Shown here in pieces: positions 1 to 7,506 of a DNA stretch of 60,385 nt. The notes under the pieces were generated by a model. The model was not told where the DNA came from. It was given only the letters and a program-made list of their open reading frames with translations, and did no database searches. Each line of letters starts with the position of its first letter. Positions within the stretch are counted from its first letter, which is position 1. Source of the DNA: an uncultured Gammaproteobacteria bacterium (lineage in GTDB: Bacteria; Patescibacteriota; Patescibacteriia; UBA9570; XYC2-FULL-38-9). The DNA lies in NCBI GenBank assembly GCA_964492735.1, contig CAZBLE010000006.1, forward strand, positions 1-60,385. Reading direction: 5' to 3'. A program made the position numbers and the translations under genes.

Positions 1-508
1 CTTTGCTCTTGAGAAACTTATGCGTTCCTTTCCATCCATAGATGATGAGCTCATGTTGTGGCATGTAGTCGAGTCTTCCGACAACCGCTTGATGTTTTAC
101 CCAGAGCAGGAGCTGCGAGAATCGTATGTCGAGTATTTCCATTGCGCGTCGGAGTGCAAACAGCATTTTGTCTGAGTTGAAGATGTAGATGGAATTTGGC
201 TTGTTGAAAAAGGGGACGAGGGGCTTCAACCATTTCCGCGAGAACAATTCATATTCTTCTTCTGTCTGCGCCTGATCATTCTGGATAATCTTGTCGTGAC
301 TCACTGGGTTGAACCCTTGTTTGCTTTCTACGTATGCCACCCCGTAAGGTGGGTCTGTTAGCAGGAGATCAATCAGATCTCCATTCATGAGAGAGTGTAC
401 GTCCCATTGTTTTGTCGCATCTCCACAGAGCAGGCGATGATCACCGAGTCTGTAGAGGTCGCCTGGTTTAACTGATTTTTTTGGCTTTGTTTCCGGTAAG
501 TTTTTCAT
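1..508 (-). CDS. DNA methyltransferase (beta-class N6A/N4C type, DPPY motif), 3' end cut by the window edge
   Basis: Absent from the ORF track because it runs off the window. Hand translation from the ATG at 508-506: MKNLPETKPKKSVKPGDLYRLGDHRLLCGDATKQWDVHSLMNGDLIDLLLTDPPYGVAYVESKQG...LLWVKHQAVVGRLDYMPQHELIIYGWKG, with no stop down to position 1. It is paralogous to the MTase half of 468..1739 and overlaps that gene by 41 nt. Confidence 0.8.
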   Translation of the reverse strand, partial: MKNLPETKPKKSVKPGDLYRLGDHRLLCGDATKQWDVHSLMNGDLIDLLLTDPPYGVAYVESKQGFNPVSHDKIIQNDQAQTEEEYELFSRKWLKPLVPFFNKPNSIYIFNSDKMLFALRRAMEILDIRFSQLLLWVKHQAVVGRLDYMPQHELIIYGWKGTHKFLKSK

Positions 509-1739
509 ACCTGTTAATGATTACTTGAATAAATACTGGGTCGAGTTCCACGAGATACGCAATGCGATTGAGTTGCTCGCACGCAATGAGTGTTGAGCCA
601 GATCCGCCGAAGCCGTCGAATACTCTGTCGCCAGGTTTTGTGCAGCGCCGCAACGGTTTCTCATGAAGCGTTGTTGGTTTTTCCGTTGGATGTTGGTACT
701 CATGACCGGGTAGTCGTTTTGCGAGCCAGATATTGAGCATATCTTCCACGTCTTCCATTGCACGATTTCCCGTTCCAACTTCCTTGTTCAAAATCTCATT
801 GAGATTATTGATTGGCGCAAGATATGGTGTTCCGCGTGTACCGTAGACACAAGGCTCATATACTTTGTTAAACGCGATCTGTGGTGTCATGTTGTGATTG
901 TTCTTGATCCATAAACACACTCGCTTGTTGTCGACTCCTACAGTGCGGTAGAGCTGCTGCACAACTCCGATCAGTGCTTCGTCTGACCACATGAATACAT
1001 GCCCGGATTCTTCAAGAATAGCTAGGCTGGCTTCAAGGGCTCTTTGCAGCCAGAGACTAAAGTCACTCAATGGCTTGTTGTCATTGACTTTAGTGCCACC
1101 GTATTTTCCTTTGGTGCTCACGCCATTGGAATAGTTGAGTCCAATATTGTAAGGGCTATCGCTATAAATCATGGAAACCTTCTTTCCGCCTAAAAGTCGC
1201 TTTGTGACCTCAGCATCAGTGCTGTCGCCACAGATTACGCGATGTCGACCAAGCTGAAACATGTCGCCCTCACGGACATTAGTTGTTTTTGCTTTTTCAA
1301 TTTCTTTGATTGTTTCAAAGTCGTCGTCTTCGACTTCAAGCGCGTCGTCCCAAATATTTGAGAGATCAGAATCGTCAAAGCCAACGTCGAGAAGGAGATC
1401 GACATCAAATTCTTTGAGTAGGTTGTAATCCCATTCGCCAGTATTGCGGTTGAGTCGTAGATTGAGTTCTTGTTCACGCTCAATCTCCGGAATATCTAAA
1501 TACACTACAGGAACTTCCGTGTACCCAAGTTCCTTCGCGCAGTGGAGGCGCATATGGCCACCGATGACTATATTAAACCGATCTTTGGCGCCATTCGCTA
1601 TAATCGGATCGATGAGTCCAAAACGGGTGATAGACTCTTTTAGGTTTGCAATCTGTTGATCACTCCAGTGACGTGGGTTGTATACGGCACTTTTAAGGTC
1701 AGTGATCACGACCTGTGTTGTTTGAATCGTTTGATTCAT
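468..1739 (-). CDS. ParB-like nuclease domain fused to a DNA methyltransferase (beta-class N6A/N4C)
   Basis: The N-terminus (NPRHWSDQQIANLKESITRFGLIDPIIAN...GGHMRLHCAKELGY) is ParB/Srx-like. It is followed by GDMFQLGRHRVICGDST, motif IV YSDSPYNIG and C-terminal motif I VFDGFGGSGSTLIACEQL. Confidence 0.85.
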   Translation of the reverse strand: MNQTIQTTQVVITDLKSAVYNPRHWSDQQIANLKESITRFGLIDPIIANGAKDRFNIVIGGHMRLHCAKELGYTEVPVVYLDIPEIEREQELNLRLNRNTGEWDYNLLKEFDVDLLLDVGFDDSDLSNIWDDALEVEDDDFETIKEIEKAKTTNVREGDMFQLGRHRVICGDSTDAEVTKRLLGGKKVSMIYSDSPYNIGLNYSNGVSTKGKYGGTKVNDNKPLSDFSLWLQRALEASLAILEESGHVFMWSDEALIGVVQQLYRTVGVDNKRVCLWIKNNHNMTPQIAFNKVYEPCVYGTRGTPYLAPINNLNEILNKEVGTGNRAMEDVEDMLNIWLAKRLPGHEYQHPTEKPTTLHEKPLRRCTKPGDRVFDGFGGSGSTLIACEQLNRIAYLVELDPVFIQVIINRYEKLTGNKAKKIS

Positions 1740-1778
1740 AGAACTTATGTTTACTTAATTATGCAAACATAAGAGCAT

Positions 1779-1817
1779 TTCCTTCTAGGAAGGTGTCAAA
1801 TATTTCCCTAGAAGGAA
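1779..1817. promoter_or_regulatory. 11-bp inverted repeat TTCCTTCTAGG-N17-CCTAGAAGGAA between the ParB-MTase start and the upstream gene end
   Basis: Arms are at 1779-1789 and 1807-1817 and are perfectly complementary. No U-run follows on the minus strand, so an operator or RNA hairpin is more likely than an intrinsic terminator. Confidence 0.4.
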
Positions 1818-1829
1818 AAAAGTGGAAAA

Positions 1830-2573
1830 CTATTTTTTTAAGATAGGAATGATTTTTTTCTTTCCTGATTGCCAGTAACCGTCCAAGAAAAATACTTCGC
1901 CAAACCCCGTTTTGTATAGATCAGAAATAGTTGCAGCACCTCGTTTATATCGATCATCCATGGAGATGTTTTTGACTAATGAGCTTCTTTTACCGCGTTC
2001 AGGGTCCTTACAATAGGTGTATAGCATTGCGAGATCAACCTCATTTCCAATATTATCGCAAAGATACTGCGCTGCTTTCGCAACTTGTGTTTTTGCATTA
2101 CCAAGCGCAATAATCTTCCCGTTAAAATGCAAGTTAGCCTTCTTACCTGATATAACAACCGAAGGTAAATCAATACTGGGTTTTTGGAAGTTCTGCTTCG
2201 GTGCTTTGTATACAACAGGCTGGAAAACAAATTTCGGCATGCTTTCTAGAATACCTCTCACAGCCTCTATTGCTGGCAACTGAAGTTGTGCAATTGACCT
2301 TGCAAATGCAGCTCTATTTTTTTGCATTTCTACAACCGCGGAGTTTTTAAATACTGCCTCCATCGGTATGACCATGCTATTACGAGCACTGAGTAAAGCA
2401 GATGCATTGAGTTTTTCATGCATACTCATTGCGTTCTTCGCGATCTCGTTGCTCATCTTTAGTAGCGGTGAATTTGCAAGAATTTCATTTGCAGACTGAA
2501 TTTTTATCACCGCAGAAGAAAGGGCGTCGATATCTGGAAATGTGGGAATGGGTATAACGATTTTGTTTGGCAT
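1830..2573 (-). CDS. hypothetical protein (247 aa)
   Basis: Long ORF, divergent from the LexA-like gene. No family recognised by eye. Confidence 0.55.
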   Translation of the reverse strand: MPNKIVIPIPTFPDIDALSSAVIKIQSANEILANSPLLKMSNEIAKNAMSMHEKLNASALLSARNSMVIPMEAVFKNSAVVEMQKNRAAFARSIAQLQLPAIEAVRGILESMPKFVFQPVVYKAPKQNFQKPSIDLPSVVISGKKANLHFNGKIIALGNAKTQVAKAAQYLCDNIGNEVDLAMLYTYCKDPERGKRSSLVKNISMDDRYKRGAATISDLYKTGFGEVFFLDGYWQSGKKKIIPILKK

Positions 2574-2640
2574 GTTGAGTGAATCAATGTCCTGCTGATA
2601 CAGCAGTAATTATGAGACATAGTAACCATTCGTCATTGAA

Positions 2641-2660
2641 TGGTCAAGAGGTCTTGACCA
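2641..2660. promoter_or_regulatory. Perfect palindrome TGGTCAAG-AGGT-CTTGACCA overlapping the -35 of the LexA-like gene promoter; candidate operator
   Basis: The 8-bp arms are exact reverse complements. The right arm contains the TTGACC -35 hexamer. Confidence 0.5.
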
Positions 2661-2682
2661 CGCTATTCAATAGGTATAGTAT
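2654..2682 (+). promoter_or_regulatory. Sigma70-like promoter TTGACC-17 nt-TAGTAT, 6 nt upstream of the ATG at 2689 (leaderless geometry)
   Basis: -35 at 2654-2659 and -10 at 2677-2682. No Shine-Dalgarno sequence fits before the ATG. Confidence 0.55.
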
Positions 2683-2688
2683 GCATTT

Positions 2689-3348
2689 ATGCATGACGTA
2701 CAAAAAATATTACTACAACTCGCAAACGAGCATAATCTCGGAAAGCTCTCCTATGGTGAAATGAGCAAACTCTTAGAAAGTAAGCTGGGGCATAAAGTTC
2801 ATAAGCAAACAGCAAAGCATCATTTTCAGCAGCTATTAAAGCGCGGAATGCTCACAGGGAGTAAGGAGAAGGGTGATGTACGCCCATTATCCGTTGCAGG
2901 TTCTGGATTGTTGTTTTCTTTGCCCATCATGGGAAACGCGAATTGCGGTGAAGCGCTTGAGCTTGCAGAGGATAGAGTGCACGAGTATATGCAGATTTCA
3001 AAGCGATTGAGTCGCATTGAAAGTGAATCGCAGCTGAAGCGATTATTTGGTTTACGCGCTGTTGGTGAATCAATGAACGCCGCACAGATCGGCGAAAGTA
3101 AATTACCAATTGACGATGGCGATATTGTATTGGTTGATCCGAAGTTTAACGGTAGTAGTCACAATAAATACATGGTTGCTGTTATTGACGGAGCTGCAAA
3201 CATAAAGCGAGTTATGCACGATACAAAACATAATCGCGTTATTCTGCATTCCGAGTCAACTAAAAAATATTCAGACATCCATCTTCATAAAGAGGATCTA
3301 GACCATGTAATTTTCTCTGGTGAAGTTGTGGGTGTAATTAAAGCATAA
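2689..3348 (+). CDS. LexA-like repressor (winged-helix N-terminus plus S24 self-cleaving peptidase domain)
   Basis: LPIMGNANCGEALEL aligns with the LexA cleavage loop (C-G in place of A-G). GESM carries the nucleophile Ser and ANIKR the general-base Lys. The N-terminal HTH is like LexA_DNA_bind. Confidence 0.8.
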   Translation: MHDVQKILLQLANEHNLGKLSYGEMSKLLESKLGHKVHKQTAKHHFQQLLKRGMLTGSKEKGDVRPLSVAGSGLLFSLPIMGNANCGEALELAEDRVHEYMQISKRLSRIESESQLKRLFGLRAVGESMNAAQIGESKLPIDDGDIVLVDPKFNGSSHNKYMVAVIDGAANIKRVMHDTKHNRVILHSESTKKYSDIHLHKEDLDHVIFSGEVVGVIKA

Positions 3349-3353
3349 AAGAT

Positions 3354-3593
3354 ATGGCAAACTATACAGTGGGTAAAAATAAAGGAAGTAAGGATTGGGC
3401 AGCGAAACGTGATGGGGCAAAACGTGCTAGTGTTCGTGCCGCAACACAGCAAGAAGCAGAAAAAATAGCAAAGCTATTGTCTGCAAATTCAGGTGGTGGC
3501 GAGGTACGAATCAAAGGTCGCGATGGTAAGATTCGAGATTCGGACACTGTGAAGCCTGGGCACGAAAGTTCTGTGAAGGATAAAAAATATTAG
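3354..3593 (+). CDS. DUF2188-like small protein
   Basis: 79 aa: WAAKRDGAKRASVRAATQQEAEKIAKLLSANSGGGEVRIKGRDGKIRDSDT, which matches my recollection of the DUF2188 pattern. Gap of 5 nt from the upstream gene. Confidence 0.55.
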   Translation: MANYTVGKNKGSKDWAAKRDGAKRASVRAATQQEAEKIAKLLSANSGGGEVRIKGRDGKIRDSDTVKPGHESSVKDKKY

Positions 3594-3594
3594 T

Positions 3595-4833
3595 ATGAGT
3601 GACCAAACTATTCCTTGTCCAAATTGTTCATATGCTATACCAGTTACAGAAGCCTTATCTGGAAAAATTAAAAAAGAGCTTGAGGGGCATTATGCAGATA
3701 AATTAAAACAGAAGGATGAGCAACTTGCTCTTGAGAGGGCAAAAATTCAAGAAGAGAAAACTGCCATCGAAAAAAGGGAACTAGATTTTGATAAGGTAGT
3801 GAACCAAAAAATCGAAATAGAACGTATTAAAATATTGGAAGACACAAAGAAAAAAGTAGCCGAGGAGAACAAAGAGGAGATAGAAGAATTGCGTTTACAT
3901 AGTATTGAACAGAAGAATAAAATCCAAGAACTGCAATCTGCTGAGCTAGATCTTCGGAAACAACGAAATGCTTTAGAGCAAGAAAAACAGTCACTTGAAT
4001 TAGATGTACAACGCCGTGTAGACGTGGAACGGGATAAAATTTTTCAGGAGGCTAAGCAACAGGCTCTTGGTGAAACTGATTTGAAACTGAAGGAAAAAGA
4101 TAAGATGATCGACATGATGCGTAAGCAGATTGACGAAGCCAAGAGAAAAGGTGAGCAAGGCTCAATGCAAGTACAAGGAGAGGTTCAGGAGGATGAGCTA
4201 AAGGCCGCTCTATCGCAGGCATTTCCTGTAGATTTAATCGATGATGTGCCTCAAGGGACTCGTGGTGCTGACTTGGTTCAGACTGTGCATTCGCAGTATG
4301 GTAATAAGTTAGGTGTAATTCTATGGGAGTCTAAGAATACAAAAAATTGGAGTAGTGACTGGATTAAAAAGTTAAAAAGCGACCAAGGGCTTGTAAAAGC
4401 CGATTTATGTATTTTAGTTAGCCAAGTACTACCAAATGATGTGACAACATTCACAGCGGTTGATGGTGTATGGGTATGTCATTACAGGTATGCACTAGCA
4501 TTAGCTCATGTACTTCGTTCGCAGGTGCTAGAAATCGGCAAACTTAAAGATGCTATGGTTGGTAAAGATGAAAAAATGGAGATGCTATATGCTTATTTAT
4601 CTGGTCCACAGTTTAGAAATCGTGTGGAAAATATAGTCATGGCTTTTGGTTCTTTGCAAGAAGAATTAACTAAAGAAAGACGTTCAATGGAACGAATGTG
4701 GGCAAAACGTGGGAAGGAAATTGAAAAAGTAATGATCAATACAACAGGAATGTATGGTGATTTACAAGGAATTATTGGTGATAAAGTGTTGCCGTCGGTA
4801 GAGACATTGGAGTTGGCGGAAGGTGAAGATTGA
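3595..4833 (+). CDS. DUF2130-like protein: N-terminal CxxC zinc ribbon, long K/E-rich coiled coil, C-terminal PD-(D/E)xK-like domain
   Basis: IPCPNCSYAIPV at the N-terminus, about 180 aa of coiled-coil-like sequence, then RGADLVQTV...GVILWESKNTKNW (D...ExK). Gap of 1 nt from the upstream gene. Confidence 0.65.
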   Translation: MSDQTIPCPNCSYAIPVTEALSGKIKKELEGHYADKLKQKDEQLALERAKIQEEKTAIEKRELDFDKVVNQKIEIERIKILEDTKKKVAEENKEEIEELRLHSIEQKNKIQELQSAELDLRKQRNALEQEKQSLELDVQRRVDVERDKIFQEAKQQALGETDLKLKEKDKMIDMMRKQIDEAKRKGEQGSMQVQGEVQEDELKAALSQAFPVDLIDDVPQGTRGADLVQTVHSQYGNKLGVILWESKNTKNWSSDWIKKLKSDQGLVKADLCILVSQVLPNDVTTFTAVDGVWVCHYRYALALAHVLRSQVLEIGKLKDAMVGKDEKMEMLYAYLSGPQFRNRVENIVMAFGSLQEELTKERRSMERMWAKRGKEIEKVMINTTGMYGDLQGIIGDKVLPSVETLELAEGED

Positions 4834-4838
4834 TTTGT

Positions 4839-5903
4839 ATGGAAATTAGTAAAGAAATAATATTATTTGATGATGCAATAAAAAAATCTCGTCAATACAC
4901 AGAAGAAAAAAATTGTAGGAAGCCAATCCGTCTATTGTTAGGCAATGGTTTTACAAGAGCATATTATAATAATTTTTCTTATACTACTCTTTTTTCTGCT
5001 ATAAAAGATGAGAAGGAGAACGAGCGTATACAGCAGCTGTTTCTCCATTTTGGAACATCGAATTTTGAAGTAGTGCTACGCTCCCTGAAGGATGCTCAGT
5101 TTGTTTTTGATCTTTATGATGCTGATAAGAGTGCTGTTGTGGCAGACTATGAAAAGGTTCGTGATGCTCTGGTGGAGGCGATATTGAAAGTACATCCCGA
5201 AAAGACAAATGAGATCCCTGAGCACAATAAAAAAACGTGCTTTTCATTTTTGGATAATTTTAATGATGTATATACTGTTAACTACGATTTACTACTTTAC
5301 TGGACCTTACTGCAAGAAATTAATCCCAAGTTCGGAGATTATTTTTTTAGAGATGAGGATACTCCTTTAGCGCACTGCGAATATTTTGAAGATGGGGGCC
5401 TTTCAAAAAAACACGTTTACTTTTTACATGGTGCATTGCATTTATTTGTTAAACGTAAGGTTACAATCAAAAAAGTTTGGGGTAATACCACCCCCCTGAT
5501 TCACCAGATAAAAGATGAAATGGAGAATAATTATTACCCTCTTGTTGTAGCCGAGGGTGACAGTGAATCCAAGCTTGAACAGATCAAAGGTAATCCCTAT
5601 TTACATCATATGTATTCAAAGTTCTTGAAAATTGAAGGACAGCTTTTTTCATTTGGCTTTTCTTTTTCTCATCAAGATGATCATATTATTAGAGCTATCG
5701 TGAAGAATGCAGCACTGCGTCACTTGTGGATCGGCATCAGAGGGGATTTTGAAAAGGAAGAAAATAAGAGACTATTACAGTTAGCAAATTCCATGGTATT
5801 ACAAAGAAGTCAACTAGTAGGTGATGTAGATACCCAAACCAGAGGCCCGTTATCTATCCATTTTTATAATGCAGGCGATTGTGATATTTGGGGAAAGAAT
5901 TAA
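4839..5903 (+). CDS. SIR2-like (DUF4917 / SIR2_2-type) protein
   Basis: LLLGNGFT (GxG loop), VYTVNYDLLLYW (NYD motif), YFLHGALH and LFSFGFSFSHQDDHII reproduce the motif order of the SIR2_2 superfamily. The track start is a TTG at 4830; the ATG at 4839 is more likely. The gene abuts the DUF2130 stop. Confidence 0.65.
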   Translation: MEISKEIILFDDAIKKSRQYTEEKNCRKPIRLLLGNGFTRAYYNNFSYTTLFSAIKDEKENERIQQLFLHFGTSNFEVVLRSLKDAQFVFDLYDADKSAVVADYEKVRDALVEAILKVHPEKTNEIPEHNKKTCFSFLDNFNDVYTVNYDLLLYWTLLQEINPKFGDYFFRDEDTPLAHCEYFEDGGLSKKHVYFLHGALHLFVKRKVTIKKVWGNTTPLIHQIKDEMENNYYPLVVAEGDSESKLEQIKGNPYLHHMYSKFLKIEGQLFSFGFSFSHQDDHIIRAIVKNAALRHLWIGIRGDFEKEENKRLLQLANSMVLQRSQLVGDVDTQTRGPLSIHFYNAGDCDIWGKN

Positions 5904-5904
5904 A

Positions 5905-6429
5905 TTAAACCCTATTTTCTTCTAATGCGTATATATACTCATTTTCCTTTTTTATCAAAATGATTGCAGTCCCATGACCACATTCAATGGTGTAACCATT
6001 TAGTTTTTTTTCACGAAGCATCTTCTTTAAAGAAGTGAAACGAATATTGTGGTGAATCCACATATCATCTGAGTTCAAAAACGAATCTGGTTCATTCAAA
6101 ATATATCCTGGCACATTTCCGCCATCTATTGCTTTTTGGCATCCCAGACACTTCATCCCATATTGGTCGTACCACATGATGCTGCGCATAATAAGGTGAC
6201 CGCACATACGACAATCAACACCATTTACTTCAACCTCAAAACCTTGTGGTTCTGTTAAGAGTCGCTTTTTTCTATTCTTGTCTTCCTGATCAATCTTTAT
6301 GAGGAGTTTAAAGAAGTTCACTAAGTTATTTCCATCTTCATATGCCTCCTGTCGATTCGTATATTCCTTACCTTGTAATCTACTGAGTTCAATGAACTCA
6401 TCAATGTGCTCGTCGGTGATTTTAGTCAT
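5905..6429 (-). CDS. hypothetical protein with CxxC...CxxC zinc-ribbon-like centre (174 aa)
   Basis: ORF containing VDCRMCGH...MKCLGCQKA. It converges on the SIR2-like gene with 1 nt between the stop codons. Confidence 0.5.
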   Translation of the reverse strand: MTKITDEHIDEFIELSRLQGKEYTNRQEAYEDGNNLVNFFKLLIKIDQEDKNRKKRLLTEPQGFEVEVNGVDCRMCGHLIMRSIMWYDQYGMKCLGCQKAIDGGNVPGYILNEPDSFLNSDDMWIHHNIRFTSLKKMLREKKLNGYTIECGHGTAIILIKKENEYIYALEENRV

Positions 6430-6649
6430 ATTATTTATATTAGGGGATTATGTCTATATTACGCCACATTCACCCTGGGCTAGTCTAGTTATAATATAAA
6501 CCAAAAACGAGACAGGAAAGTATTCCTTTTTATACTGTCCCAAATGTCTCATTTCTGACCCAGCAGTATTGTTGGTAACTATCCAAATACGCTATACTGT
6601 CCCCATTGGCCTGAGGTTCTAGACCCATACGGTCAGCATAAAAGAAAAA

Positions 6650-6672
6650 GCGCCTTCAAAGGGCGTTTTTTT
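6650..6672 (+). terminator. Weak intrinsic terminator-like hairpin plus T7 run
   Basis: GCGCC-ttcaaag-GGCGT followed by TTTTTTT. The stem has only 4 GC pairs plus one GU. Confidence 0.4.
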
Positions 6673-6677
6673 GTGGT

Positions 6678-7442
6678 ATGATATTCAGTGATACGAACAC
6701 TATGAACACCACCTTAATTATCCCTGCATTTTTTGCGGGCCTCCTCATGTTTCTTGCGCCGTGCACACTGCCACTTGTGCCTGGCTATTTGGCATTTATT
6801 GGTGGCGGCGCTGCGGCGGAACACAAAAAATGGAATATTTTTTGGAATGGTTTTTGGTATGTCATTGGATTTAGTGTCGTGTTTGTATTTCTTGGAAGTA
6901 TTGTTGGATTATTTGGAGCGACTATTCGATTAGATCAACGGCTCTTACTCGGGAGAATTGGTGGGCTGTTTATTTTTCTGTTTGGCGTATTTTTAGTTGG
7001 TGGCTCACAATGGCGTTTTTTACAGTGGATGAATGCGGAAAAAACAGTGCATATCAAAAATCTTCAACCAGGCAAACCGCTTTCGTCATTTTTATTTGGC
7101 GCGACATTTGCAATTGGCTGGACTCCATGTATCGGGCCAATACTCGGTTCTATTTTATTACTTGCAGCCACTTCAACGACAGTATGGCAAGGGGCGGGAT
7201 TACTGGCTGTATTTGCCATGGGTATGGGATTGCCATTTTTACTTCTGGCTGCAACTGCAGATGTTGCAATCAAACGATTGCGATATATCTACGCTTATTT
7301 ACCAATAATACAAAAAATTGGCGGCTTGTTTTTGATTGTCCTAGGACTTTGCATGATGGCTGGGTATATGGATGTGTGGAACAGGGTGCTATATAGCGCA
7401 TTTGGATTCATGCGTTATGAACGGTTGATTGATTTTTACTAG
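6678..7442 (+). CDS. ccdA: Cytochrome c biogenesis / thiol-disulfide transporter CcdA (DsbD transmembrane-domain family)
   Basis: FLAPCTLPLVPGYLAFIGG and IGWTPCIGPILGSILL carry the two conserved membrane Cys-Pro motifs. The true start may be the ATG at 6702, because an extended -10 (TGgTATGAT, 6674-6682) overlaps 6678. Confidence 0.85.
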   Translation: MIFSDTNTMNTTLIIPAFFAGLLMFLAPCTLPLVPGYLAFIGGGAAAEHKKWNIFWNGFWYVIGFSVVFVFLGSIVGLFGATIRLDQRLLLGRIGGLFIFLFGVFLVGGSQWRFLQWMNAEKTVHIKNLQPGKPLSSFLFGATFAIGWTPCIGPILGSILLLAATSTTVWQGAGLLAVFAMGMGLPFLLLAATADVAIKRLRYIYAYLPIIQKIGGLFLIVLGLCMMAGYMDVWNRVLYSAFGFMRYERLIDFY

Positions 7443-7506
7443 CATCGTTCACAATACCGCTTTTTTAGCGTATGATGTATGAGTTGCTATTAGCTATTTT
7501 CCATCT

